Assembly: GCA_977018835.1 (NCBI GenBank)
Contig: OZ361258.1
Location: 4,278,001 to 4,342,000 of the forward strand
DNA length: 64,000 nucleotides
Reading direction: 5' to 3'
Source: Minutocellus sp. GHC0000111
Taxonomy: Eukaryota
Part shown: piece after piece, positions 46,004 to 57,128 of the stretch
Position numbering within the stretch: the first letter of the stretch is position 1
How the letters are laid out: the number at the start of each line of letters is the position of its first letter
Translations under genes and position numbers: made by a program
Notes under the pieces: model-generated
Databases searched by the model: none
What the model was told of the DNA's origin: nothing
What the model saw: only the letters and a program-made list of their open reading frames with translations

Positions 46004-46651
46004 TTAGGCCATCACGGCACCTCCATTACCACGTCCATCGGCCATCTCCACAAATGACGAAGATGGTCCTTCGCCATTATTATTCCTGCCATCTTCTTCC
46101 CCCTCCATGGCAATCCTCCTTCTTCGTCTCCGCGCCAGCAACCCAGCCCCACCGCCCAAACCGAGCAACAGGACCACGGCACCCATACTAACGAACGATG
46201 CCGAAGCCGACCGCACGCCCACCGAACACGACATGAGGAGCTGTCCCCCCTGATAAATATCGGCATTGGCACTGATGGAGAAGCCGGATGGGATGTACTG
46301 GGCGTACTGCTCGGGGATCCTTTCGCCCAGATCGACGGCAATGTCGGTCCAGGAGGTGCAGGGACATGCCGAACCGTCGCTGCAAGTTACTACATCATGA
46401 CATAGGTCGACGTCGAGGTCTGCCGATTGGCCCAGCACGCTGACCACGGCCGTTACGTCGGAGTCGGCCGAGGACGAGGAAAATTTCACTTTGCCCGAAA
46501 GGGTGAGGCTGCCATCGGAACCGACGGTCACTCGGGGACTTTTCAGGGCAATGTCACCGCCGGTGCAGGTGGAGGCGTGGGCGGTGGGGAGATGACTGGT
46601 CAGTAGGAGCAGGAGGGAGGAAAGCACTATCGCCGATATTGGAGAGAACAT
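46004..46651 (-). CDS. Small type-I membrane protein (possibly an ML/Ig-like beta domain)
   Basis: Signal peptide, Cys-containing beta-rich ectodomain (LC...C...CPC), TM followed by RRRRRR. Confidence 0.6.
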   Translation of the reverse strand: MFSPISAIVLSSLLLLLTSHLPTAHASTCTGGDIALKSPRVTVGSDGSLTLSGKVKFSSSSADSDVTAVVSVLGQSADLDVDLCHDVVTCSDGSACPCTSWTDIAVDLGERIPEQYAQYIPSGFSISANADIYQGGQLLMSCSVGVRSASASFVSMGAVVLLLGLGGGAGLLARRRRRRIAMEGEEDGRNNNGEGPSSSFVEMADGRGNGGAVMA

Positions 46652-46860
46652 GATTTATTGTGACTGGTGTGTGTGCGTGTTTTCGTGTTGTCGCGTCGGT
46701 GATATGTGGGACAATTGAGGCAAATGTTCTAGCTAGTAACGATTGGGGGCTGTTGAAGGACGCTTTCTTCCTGTGGCGTTGGAGCGTTGAGCGGAGGCAA
46801 TCTCCGCATTGTTAAGCCCTGCACCAACCCGACCTGTCCCTGTCCGGCCAGGTGGTGGCC

Positions 46861-47858
46861 ATGATGGCCAAGGCCGACGGCGGAAGCGACGATGATCGCA
46901 AATCGTCCAGCAAGAAACGGAGCAAGAAGAGCAGCCGCAGCAGCAGCGGGCGCAAATCGTCCAGCAGTCGAGGCAGGAGCAAGAAGAAAAAGTCCAGCAG
47001 CCGCGACCGCCGCAAACGGAGTCGGAGCTACTCCTCGGACTCCTCGGACTCATCTCGCGGGAGTTATTCCAGCTACTCCTCATCGTCGTATAGCAGTGGT
47101 GGGTCGTATACCAGCAGCGACGACGACGATGGTCGGCGCAAGAAAAAATCCAAGAAGAGCAAGCAGCGCCACCGCAAGTCGTCGAAGGAGAGCAGGAAGC
47201 GAAGCACAAGCACGGCAGCAAGAAGTCCGATCGGAAGCGCGATAGGAAGAAGAGCCGGCGCGGTCGTACAGATGACGACTCTAGTAGGGAGGGGAAGGAT
47301 CGAAAGGATAAAGCCGCCGCCACGTCGTCGTCATCGGGGACCGGCAATCTCACCGCGCAGTTTGGCAAGTATGGCATCGTGAGACAATCGGACTTTACCG
47401 GGAACAATCAAAAGGTTCGCAGGTCGTTCGAGATGTGGCTGGTGGAAGTCAAGGGCATTGCCTCGTTCAGTGGGCCCAAGGGGGAGTTGCTGTCGTATTT
47501 CAGTGAGTACGCCGAAGACTACAATACCGCCACGCTGCCGCATGTCAAGTATTACGATTACGACAAGTGGGAGATGGAGGACTACGCCAAGAAGAAAAGG
47601 GAGGCCGAGGATGCCGCCGTGGGGGGCGGATCCAAGGCACGGAGCGACGAATTCAAGCATCGCGAGAAGATGAGGCGGAGGGAGGAGGAGAAGCGACGGG
47701 CCGAGGTGGAGCTGATGCGGGCCACCGTGTCGGCCAAGAGGGAGGAGATGAAGGGCCAGGCCCTGCTCAAGGCGGAGCTGGAGAATGCGTACAAGACCGG
47801 CGATCAGGAGAAGATTCGCAGTCTGAAGAGGCGGCTGGAACCCGAGGAGAGGCGGTGA
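46861..47858 (+). CDS. RS/K-rich conserved protein of unknown function; frameshift near 47205
   Basis: Ser/Arg/Lys-rich N-terminus, then FGKYGIV...WLVEVK...EDYNTATLPH.KYYD. Confidence 0.7.
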
Positions 47859-48250
47859 AATATGCCTGTTGCAATGCACATATACGGTAGGAATCCTATA
47901 TATGCATGCATATGTGTCCCGGTATCTAGCTAGCTCGAGTCTAGATCTATCGAAGGCACACTGCCGCTTACATGTAGCACAATATATCAAGGGTTTGGAG
48001 AGGCGAACCTCCAACCGGACTCTCCTCTCAGTTCTACTAGCTAGAAGTACAGTAGCGATCTACCGGTAGGGCAAGAGGGGGAATTGGGTGGGAAACACCC
48101 AAAAATTGACATTTTCGGCGTTCATCACAGCCATGGCCATGGCCTCTTGCGCCGTGTGCCCTGACTCCTCCATCAACTACTCGTACACGCAAGTGCGCAG
48201 TCCATACTAGGCCTAGGCTAGATCAACAGCTCGTGCGTGCAGCCGTAGCC

Positions 48251-50572
48251 ATGGCCACCTCCTTCGCCACTCGGCAGCGGACGCGGTCCCGCACCACCTC
48301 GGCAACGGCAACGACCAGCGCCACCGCGACGGCCGTCCTCCAAAACGTACTGGAGATTGGACTGGCCACCGTATTGGAGCGGCGGGGGGCGTTCCCGCCC
48401 GAATTCTTCGTCCACCAGGCCCTGGGCGGGGGTGGAGATGAGGTGGAAGGCGAAGGCGGCGGTGGGGGCGCGGCGACGGCGGCCAGGTTCGACGAGGAAT
48501 GGCTCCGGTCCCAAAGTACGAGTAGTCAGCTGAGCCATGCTCGTAATACGCGGCAGTCGGCAAGTCAGACCCAGACCCAGAGTCAAGCGACCGAGGACAG
48601 CGGCAGCGGCGGCTCTTCGTCGTCTTCCTCCTCCTCTGTCGGCAGTATTAGTGCCAAAGGTCGAACCCGGCAAAGCCAGTCCAGCAGCAGCCAGAATAAT
48701 GACGACGACCATGACCATGACCATGACGATGATGACACTACGACTACGACTACCGATACCGCGTGCGACGCACCGCTGAGCACGGTGGGAGGCTGTGGCT
48801 GCACGGCGGCGGAAGGGGGCGATGGGCAGTGGTCATCGATGGTGTCGCAGCTCCTGCCGCCGTCGTCGTATTACCGTCCCCACCACCACCAACGCAGCAG
48901 CAGCAGTCAGCAACAATCGGAATGGACTCGGGAGGGGACGGCTGGTAGCGGCAGTGCTACCATGGACAGCGCTGGCAGTATGGAGAGCGAGGGAGAGTCT
49001 CGGACGGTCGGCAGCTACTCGCAGGAGGACAATACCACCAACAACTCCCATCACGAAACCGAAAGCGACCGCCGCCTCGAGCAGATGAGGGCGGAGGCCC
49101 TCCTCCTCCTGGAGTGGATAAGGAGGGGCGTCGTCGAGGGGTGCTGGAGGCGCAACCTATTGTCTCGCGTCGTCGTGGGGGTCTGCATCCCTCCAGCTAA
49201 TGATGGGGGTGGTACCGATGGTGGACCTGATGGTGGTGGCCGTGGACCCGCCCGGCTGGTCGAGTCGTATGCCTTCGATCTGTCCACGGCCGCCGACGAG
49301 GTGGCCCGATTGTCGCAGCCGCAGGGGAGTGGTATGCTTGGAATTGGCGGTGGTGGGGGCAGGAAGAAGAAAACGGGCATGGGCACCAACAACAAGCACC
49401 ACCACCAGCTCCACAGCGAGGAGGACGTCCAGGCCGCGGTGGGGCAGATGCTGCGGGGCATCCGGGGATACATCGATGCCAACTACGGCAGCCATGACAG
49501 CCATCAACACGATGCTGCTGCACGCGAATCATCGTCCATGATGACGCAGTTCACCAACTTTGAGGAGTTGGACGATGCCACCGCCACTGCGCCATACTAC
49601 TTGTACACTGCCAGGAGTGTCGGCACTGCGCCCAGTGGTGGTGCTGCCACAACGACCAGGACGACGTTGCCCAGGGAACGATACTTTACGTTTCGGGTGG
49701 AATTTACCAAGCCCATCTCCAAGGCACAGCTTCCGCCGGCCCTCAATGACAAGTCGAAGGAATTTGGCACCGTTCCAGCGTTGGGGAGAGTGCTGGCGGG
49801 GAAGGATGCGGTGCCCAACAAGTCGATATCTGCAGATGATGGTGACAGTGAAGTAGACCCTGCGATGCAACGCGAACCGACCGCGGATCCCAAATCCCTC
49901 CAACGGCTGGGACGGTGGGCCCTGGGACGAGTCCAGCCCGCCAATGGGGTGAGCGTTGGGTTCCATGCCTTTTGCGAGGATCCTGACGATGTGGATAGTC
50001 TGATGGTGGAAGGCGACGATAGCGGTGATGGTGGCAGAGATATTTTGGCCGATGAGGATGACGATGATACCGTTTCTACTGCAGGGCTTGGTCTGCGCGA
50101 GAATGCGGATCCTCAGAAGATCTTTGCGCCTATCTCAACCAAAGCAGGTTCTGTCAAGTCGAGCGAACTTTCGCAGGAAAGTTACCAGAGTACGCCCAGC
50201 ATCGCAATCCGCCAATCCGTTCTGGCCTACCCCCACAGGGACAAGAACGACAACGCCGATGCTGTGGAGCAAGCTTTGTCTTGCACCGTTGTCGATACTC
50301 GCGTCCATAATGTGCATGGGCAGCAGTACAAGGTCGAGTTTGACAGTAGTTGTGGCCTTGAACATATGAAGCAGTGGATGAGTGCTGAGCGCATCGTGTT
50401 AATCACCAGTCCTATTCGGAGTACGTGCGGTGGAGGCGACGAGGAGAAGAAGCGCAAAGAAATCGATTGCAGCAGTACGGTTGGAGCCGCTGAAAATGCC
50501 ATTTCCCGACCCAAGAAGCAAACTCGAATTATGTATCGCTACATTGCCAAACCAATCCGGTTCAAGCTTTAA
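48251..50572 (+). CDS. Divergent HORMA-domain protein (Hop1/ASY1/HORMAD-like) with large low-complexity insertions
   Basis: Collinear HORMA-like blocks: LQNVLEIGLATVLERRGAFPPEFF, LLEWIRRGV, LVESYAFDL, LPRERYFTFRVEF; C-terminus RYIAKPIR. Confidence 0.65.
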   Translation: MATSFATRQRTRSRTTSATATTSATATAVLQNVLEIGLATVLERRGAFPPEFFVHQALGGGGDEVEGEGGGGGAATAARFDEEWLRSQSTSSQLSHARNTRQSASQTQTQSQATEDSGSGGSSSSSSSSVGSISAKGRTRQSQSSSSQNNDDDHDHDHDDDDTTTTTTDTACDAPLSTVGGCGCTAAEGGDGQWSSMVSQLLPPSSYYRPHHHQRSSSSQQQSEWTREGTAGSGSATMDSAGSMESEGESRTVGSYSQEDNTTNNSHHETESDRRLEQMRAEALLLLEWIRRGVVEGCWRRNLLSRVVVGVCIPPANDGGGTDGGPDGGGRGPARLVESYAFDLSTAADEVARLSQPQGSGMLGIGGGGGRKKKTGMGTNNKHHHQLHSEEDVQAAVGQMLRGIRGYIDANYGSHDSHQHDAAARESSSMMTQFTNFEELDDATATAPYYLYTARSVGTAPSGGAATTTRTTLPRERYFTFRVEFTKPISKAQLPPALNDKSKEFGTVPALGRVLAGKDAVPNKSISADDGDSEVDPAMQREPTADPKSLQRLGRWALGRVQPANGVSVGFHAFCEDPDDVDSLMVEGDDSGDGGRDILADEDDDDTVSTAGLGLRENADPQKIFAPISTKAGSVKSSELSQESYQSTPSIAIRQSVLAYPHRDKNDNADAVEQALSCTVVDTRVHNVHGQQYKVEFDSSCGLEHMKQWMSAERIVLITSPIRSTCGGGDEEKKRKEIDCSSTVGAAENAISRPKKQTRIMYRYIAKPIRFKL

Positions 50573-50710
50573 ATTTGTCATATTCTTTTTTGGGGGCTAT
50601 ACAAGGCTGTTGGACGGTCGCTAGTTCAAAAGGATATGACAATATCCAGAGAGAGATAAAGCAAAAAGCAAATAAGAATAGTATATTACGCACATGCATT
50701 TAGCTAGCTC

Positions 50711-52354
50711 CTAACTCTCGGGAGCGGCCTCCTTCTTCTTGTTCTCGGCCTTGAGCAAGCTCCACACTCCCGTCTTGGATTGGAAACGCAATATGCCAGT
50801 AACGACTTGCGTTCCCATGAAGGCAGCCAGTGCCCACCAAATCTTGTTGAGATCCATCACTCCACCGAACTGGACCATTCCAACGCAGATAATGTTGGCG
50901 AGCCACATGGCGAGCATGGTAAATTTCCAATCAAGGCCGCCCATGACAATTCCATTCACCGGGTACGCCAGACCCTTCGCAACCTGAGTAGCCAGTACCG
51001 CCGGCATGATTCCAGCGGCCGCCTCTCGCACGGCCACGTTGCTCGTAAGTCCAGCCAAAACCTTGGTCTTTTGAAGGTACGTCGTGAGTGACAAACCAGT
51101 CGCCACAATAGCACCAATGCCAATGGAGGTATTGATCAAGTGTCTCACGGCCTTGGCCCGTACATACTTGGACCGGGACTTGGTATCGACAATCTCTCGC
51201 GCCAAGAGCGTCTGAACGGCCACGGCAACGGCCTCGCAGATTTGCGTCGTGGCAAATCCAAGCTGAAACGTTAGGTTGTACACAGCGGCCGCCACGGGTC
51301 CCAGCAATGCCGCCTGCTTGGCGCATACGGCGTAGGCCCAAACCTTGCCCAGCGTGCGGAACAAAACATAGGCACCGGCCTCAAGGTATTCCTTCAACGT
51401 CCGGCCCAAACTTTTGAATTGTCCGATGAAATCAATCTTGGCCTTTTTGTTGAGTGCCATTAGCAGTGGGATCAGGGCGCAATATTGGGAAATAGCGGTT
51501 CCGGCTGCGGCACCACTGGCACCAAATCCCAGATTGAAGATGAAGAAGGGGTCCAGGATGGCATTTCCGGCCGTGAAGGCCAGAGAGTAGATGAGGGGAG
51601 TTCGAGTGTCGCCCAGGCCACGAAAGATACCGTTGGTGACCAGCCACAGCGTGGCGGCGGGTGTGCCCAGTGCCCGTACCTTGAGATACGACAGCGCACT
51701 GTACCACATGGACGAATCGGCCGTTAGGCCCATCTGCTTGATGATCAGTCCAGCACCAAAGTAGAAAATGACGCATTGGATAAGACCGACGGTCAAGGCC
51801 AGGAGGAGGGCGGAAGAAACTGCAATGCTCAGACTTTGCGCCGCCTCGGCTTCGGCGGTGGCTTCGTCATGGTCGGTACCGGCCTTGACGCCACGCGCCT
51901 TGCCATCCTGGGTGGCAACGAGCGATATGGACGTGCGAAGCAAAGGGTCGTTGTAAAGCTTGGAAACGGCGTATTGGGCTGATATGGCGACTCCAGCGCC
52001 ACCCAGCACCTCAGGACCCAAACGACCAAGATACGCCGTATCCACCAACGATGCCAGAGGTTCGGCTGCAAGCTGCACAAATGCAGGCGCACCAATGATG
52101 AGGAATTCCTTGGTTAGCTTCCCCTTGAGGTTTTGCACTTGAACTTCCTCGGACTCGTCATCGGTGGCGGCAGCAGCAGCAGCAGCGGCATGTCTGGTAA
52201 TGGCACCGCCGCGTATCTTGTGCTGGTTGTGAGATGCGACAAAGAGGGGGCTTTTAGACGCTGAAGTAAAGGCTTGGCATCCTGTTGGGGCGACTACTGC
52301 CGTAGCTGCTGCGGCGGCGATGGCCGTCGTGAGGCGTGCTCGTCGGTGTCCCAT
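50711..52354 (-). CDS. MATE (DinF-like) transporter, plastid-targeted
   Basis: EPLASLVDTAYLGRLG, FRGLGDTRTP, LDPFFIF, GAAAGT; signal peptide followed by QAF. Confidence 0.92.
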   Translation of the reverse strand: MGHRRARLTTAIAAAAATAVVAPTGCQAFTSASKSPLFVASHNQHKIRGGAITRHAAAAAAAATDDESEEVQVQNLKGKLTKEFLIIGAPAFVQLAAEPLASLVDTAYLGRLGPEVLGGAGVAISAQYAVSKLYNDPLLRTSISLVATQDGKARGVKAGTDHDEATAEAEAAQSLSIAVSSALLLALTVGLIQCVIFYFGAGLIIKQMGLTADSSMWYSALSYLKVRALGTPAATLWLVTNGIFRGLGDTRTPLIYSLAFTAGNAILDPFFIFNLGFGASGAAAGTAISQYCALIPLLMALNKKAKIDFIGQFKSLGRTLKEYLEAGAYVLFRTLGKVWAYAVCAKQAALLGPVAAAVYNLTFQLGFATTQICEAVAVAVQTLLAREIVDTKSRSKYVRAKAVRHLINTSIGIGAIVATGLSLTTYLQKTKVLAGLTSNVAVREAAAGIMPAVLATQVAKGLAYPVNGIVMGGLDWKFTMLAMWLANIICVGMVQFGGVMDLNKIWWALAAFMGTQVVTGILRFQSKTGVWSLLKAENKKKEAAPES

Positions 52355-52490
52355 CTTACTGCTGGTGGAAAATGAGCGGCCAAGAGAATAGATGAACTGA
52401 ACTCTATGCCGGAGTCTCGGGGTGTTGTCATCTCGTTGAGAGGGAGGGGGTAAATCATCCGTATGTTTTCCTTAGATCTATCTTATTGCA

Positions 52491-55400
52491 CTATTGAGGT
52501 CTACCATTCTCGAAGCTACCATCTTCAGCAATAGAATCAATCAACAGACTTTGCCTTATTGATTCATGAATGCCGAGAGGGTCAGTCAGTTTGCTCTCTC
52601 GTCTGCTCTCTTTCATTGCAGCGCTGCCTCTGAGGTTTAAAGAGACGGAGCCTCGACGACCTGAGCTTGCAATATCTGTCCCTTTCCAACTAGAAATACT
52701 TCTCCTTCTTTCTCGGATGTAAGCTTCTGCGAGCGTCTCCTCATCCTCTTCACCGCCCTTCTCGGACCCAGATGAGTCTGACAGACCTAGCAGCGACTCT
52801 TTATTATTTTCTAGGTAAGACTGCGCCAAATCCTCGTCTTGCCCATCGTCTTCCGCAAGCGAGCGCAGCATTGCTTCGTGTGCCTGGTTGAGCTCTTCAA
52901 TTTCAGCATTCGGCAAAGAGCCCGAACTATTTTCCCGGGCTCGATCAGCGATCTTATGAACCAAAGGCACAGCAGAGCCTCGACGAAACACCTCTTGCAT
53001 GTCAAGGGGGACGGCTCTGTTTTCATCGATGCGCACTGCCGTTGATTCAATGCAACGAGCGATAGCTGTATTGCCGCTGTTGATGTAATACTTGTTGTAG
53101 AACTTCATTTGGTTCAATAAAATACTTTTCGCAACCTTGGGTCTATCCGCGTTGATATTCTGTAGCCACAAGCCTACAAAAGAAGAAAAAAGGGGGGACA
53201 TGGTGCATGTGGGTAAGCATATGTGTCAAACGAAGCATCAAGGTACAAGATATTGAAAAACACTTACTATCCTGACCGAAGAAAAAATCGTGATTCTTCC
53301 GTATACAAAAATCATCAACCAGTCCAAGTACTCGCAAGCTATCGGCCTCCTGGATAAAAAGCTTCAACCGCAAAACCGTTTCATAGAAATTGATAATTGG
53401 TATGCTCTTCCCTTGAATCCTTCGCTCGTCGGCTGTCAAAAAATAAACGACTTGAAGCTTGAAAAGCCGAGGGACGGGCTCGAGTACAGGATTTCGCATG
53501 ACATCGGCGGTGAAAATCTCAAAAGGGAGCGTCTCCCGGATGGGCTGAGTTTCGGCTGGAACCCCCCAAAAGAGGAAGCTTTTTGAATTGGCCGCCGGAT
53601 GTGCCTCCACCTCGCCGCCATTAGACTCGTAAAATCGGCAAAGTCGATTCCAGCGATAGACAAAATCTAACACAACTGGATGGTAGTCAGATACTGAGCA
53701 CTGCTTGGCCATAATTTCAATCATTGTAAACGAAAGTTTTTCTTTCGAGACCAAGCTATATAAATGCCCTAAACCGAGGGGTGAATTGTAGTCGCGGCTT
53801 AAGCCCGTAAGCAGGTGGTTGTGAAGAGCTTCTTGCATCTTTTTGCAATGTGACCTATCCCAACCGGCAACATCTGGTGGTCCAAAGTAATATTCCATCG
53901 CCTTCTCAACGTGGGTGACCATTGACAGTTAATTTAGTCGGACCATTCTATCCTTTACTCCAATTTTGGTAAGGACGTGGAATATGCTGTAACGACAACT
54001 AGGTAAAGCAATCATAAAGTAAGGGATGTCAACTTTTGCGTCGAGAAGAAAAGGAGAGACAAAGAAAAAGGTAATCAAATGGTTAGGGAAATGACATGAA
54101 TAGATTCGTAGAATAGCCAAATGTGATGGTAGGGATCCCTAGAGGGAAGAGTCGACTCGAATGCTCACTTACATGCGAGCTCTCCATATATTTCCTCGGT
54201 TTTGGGGCATGGTGCTCGTGTGCTAATTTCTGTCACTGCTCGTGCAGCTTCGCACATCTTCTCTAAGTTGTATTGGTCGCAAATCGATGAGTTGCCGGCC
54301 CGATACAAGTTCACGGCCGTCATTGTAGAGCAGGCGTGGCCAGTTTGAGCCCCTGCCTTACAGACCGCGGCCCACACTCCATCTGCTCCGTTACAAAGAG
54401 CCGCGAGCTGTGATGCCTCGGCGAGGCCAAAATACCAGTGAACGTGAACAAGAAAACGACCCTCAGAGAAGCCTGCTCTTTCCATGGTGACGCGAATCAT
54501 CCGGCACAACCGGCCGACCTGATCAGGAAATAGCCATCCCGTGGGCTCTTCCATCATAAAACCAAAGCAGCGCTCATTCCTCGGTAGTCGAGAGAGAGAA
54601 TCGACGAGTCGAAGAGCCTCCTCTGTTCCCCCAGCAGATCGGTGGTAGTTGCTGAAATCGCGCAGATTCACAAGGACACGGGCTGTATCATCCTCTCCCT
54701 CTGCAACATCATCACGGCGAGGAAAATACATCTTGATCCATTTGATCAGAGTTTGGCACCGAGATACAATATCATGCTTTGCATAATCGAACGTTTCGAG
54801 GGATGTATCAATCTCAATGCACGCGTTCTTGATGCCATATCCAGCCATCATGATCAGACCAAGCGGGATTCGACCATCCTTCAACTCGGACTCTTTCAGG
54901 ATAGTCTTGAGTTTCTTACCACCAAAGGCACCCTTTTGGAACCCCAACGCAGCTCGCTTCAATAGCTTCATATCATCTTTGGAATAAGTCTGCTTTGGGA
55001 TTTGATCAGGTGTGTAGTATTGAGTCTGACTTGTCTTCATAGACATAGAAGCGTAGCTAGAATCGGCCTCCCAAAACCGGTCTTCGTCATACGGCTCCAT
55101 GTCGAAGCAATCCGAGAATCCCCAGGTACGATCAAAACTTCTACCAAGGTCCCTCCACTGCTCGGCAATTTGACTATCTACCGAAATCTTGGATCCAAAG
55201 GCACCGAGGATGACCTCCTCCAGACCCGTTTTGTGCATGGCGCGAATAATTTTGTGCTTCTCTTCGAGGGTATGTCCTCGAGATGCGCCCACGGTGGTCT
55301 CTCGAAGGGAATTATCCAGGATAAAGAAGTCGTTGCGCCCGCCGTTGCCGCATGTGTCCTCGTGTAGGGACTTGAGGGCAAGAGGTCTGACGGCAGCTGG

Positions 55401-55859
55401 GTGCATCAGTGCCTTCTGGACAGCATCGTCGGCTTCGTCAAATTCTGCCACAAGAGCTTCGTACTGTTCCCGAAAGGCGGTCTCTGGGGGTCGAAACTTG
55501 GAGGAACTGGCCGTCCAGTCGGGCTTCCGGTCCTTCGAAAGATGCCGCTGTGGTAGAACCCGACGCAACTCGTGATACGTCTGGAGAGCCACCTGGAGCT
55601 CGGCATCCGTCAATGCCGTGTCGTCTTCGTCCCTTGACTGCAAGAAGAGAATTGCGGCCTGCAGTGCTTCTGCGAATGAGACCTGTGAAGCGTTATTGGC
55701 ATTAATTGTTGGTGGGGACGAGAATTCGTTCCTTGGCGCGGGCGCATGTTCAGGTGTCGCATTTGCATTACACGGCGATGTCTCTGACTTCCTGACGCGA
55801 GGAAGATCCTTGTTGGAGCACGCCTTTTTGCCGCCAATAATTCTCCAGATGCACGACAT
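52491..55859 (-). pseudogene. DRE-TIM metallolyase-like enzyme with a long C-terminal region and one in-frame TAA
   Basis: LDNSLRE, HVH, GAD. Introns 54033-54172 and 53174-53267; stop at 53929-53931 (RLN*LSM). Confidence 0.7.
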
Positions 55860-56453
55860 GCTGTTGCCTTACCTGCGTTGCTACGTACAATAGCAATGGC
55901 GCGTGGTTTGGTTTGTGGCACAATTGATTATGATGCGGGTCAGCATCAAGTCATGCAAAATGCGGCGCCATGGCCAGGCAGTGTGGCGATGGCCGCGCGC
56001 TTTTCTATTCCGTCATCACGCATCTGGCTGGCGGCCCATCGAAATGTCGGGGTGGGTCTGGTCTGGATCAGCCAGTCCAAGAGTCCAAGCAAATGTGGGA
56101 AGTGAAAGCAATGGAAGCAATGCTAATGGAGATAACAGATTCGCGCGTGATGCCAAATTATCAATGACAATGCTTAGCGTATGGTTAAAGCCACGTAGAT
56201 TACTATGGGGATCGTCGCATGTATGCAGCACTAAAATATTCGAAGACGGTTCTCACGTGCTTGCGAGCAGTTGGTGGTGTTGTATCGAGCGATTTCCACG
56301 ATCTGTGGCCCTCTCTTCACGATTGAGTGTGCGTGAAATAATTCCATACTAGTACAAAGAGAAGCACAAGCCAGAATATTCCACGTTCAAGACAGCGTTG
56401 AATGCAGGCGGACCAGGATAAAATTTTGATGCCCCAGTTTGATCGTATGTGCA

Positions 56454-57128
56454 CTACTCATTCTTGCTAGTACCCAAGCTCGTGACCACCTCATCAACAG
56501 TCACCAACCAACCCCATATACCGCCCTCATGCTCCACCATGGCCTCGCATGCCTCTCGTATCTTCTCATCGGGCGTAGAGACGGCATCCTTACAATACCA
56601 GCACTCAAACTCTCGATCGACAGCCTCACGAAGTGTTGTATGGACGCAAACGTCAGCTGTTACTCCGGCTATTATAATCTGTTCAATGCCCTTGCTTTGC
56701 AATATACTTTCCAAATCAGTGGAAACAAATGCGCCAAATGTGTTTTTATCAAGCACCACTTCTCCAGTACGAGCCTTGAGCCGATCGATGGTGTCCTGGC
56801 CCTGCTCTCCTCGAATCAAGAAGCGACCAAGAGGACCCTCGGCCCCTATCGGCGCACCTGAGTTGACGGACCGGCGCTGTTTCACCGGTCCGACATCACT
56901 CAGGTCTGGCGCATATCCCTCTCGAGTGTGAACAATCAACCCAAAGTTGGGAGTGTTGCGGCAGGCTTCGAGCAGAGCGGCCGCTTGAGGAATTATGGAC
57001 GAAACCCATGACATATCACCGCCGAACGCATTGTGCGCATAGCCACCCTCGTCGCAGAAGTCGCGCTGAAAGTCGATCATTTTCAAGGCCGCCCTTTCGG
57101 GGACCAAGGGAGGTGGTTGCGGCGGCAT
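56454..57128 (-). CDS. Isochorismatase-like cysteine amidohydrolase (biuret/guanylurea hydrolase clade)
   Basis: IDFQRDF, HTREG..PDLSD, GPLGRFLIRGE, DK...GAF..TDL, GVTADVCVHTTLREA.DR, EGGIWG; intronless. Confidence 0.85.
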   Translation of the reverse strand: MPPQPPPLVPERAALKMIDFQRDFCDEGGYAHNAFGGDMSWVSSIIPQAAALLEACRNTPNFGLIVHTREGYAPDLSDVGPVKQRRSVNSGAPIGAEGPLGRFLIRGEQGQDTIDRLKARTGEVVLDKNTFGAFVSTDLESILQSKGIEQIIIAGVTADVCVHTTLREAVDREFECWYCKDAVSTPDEKIREACEAMVEHEGGIWGWLVTVDEVVTSLGTSKNE

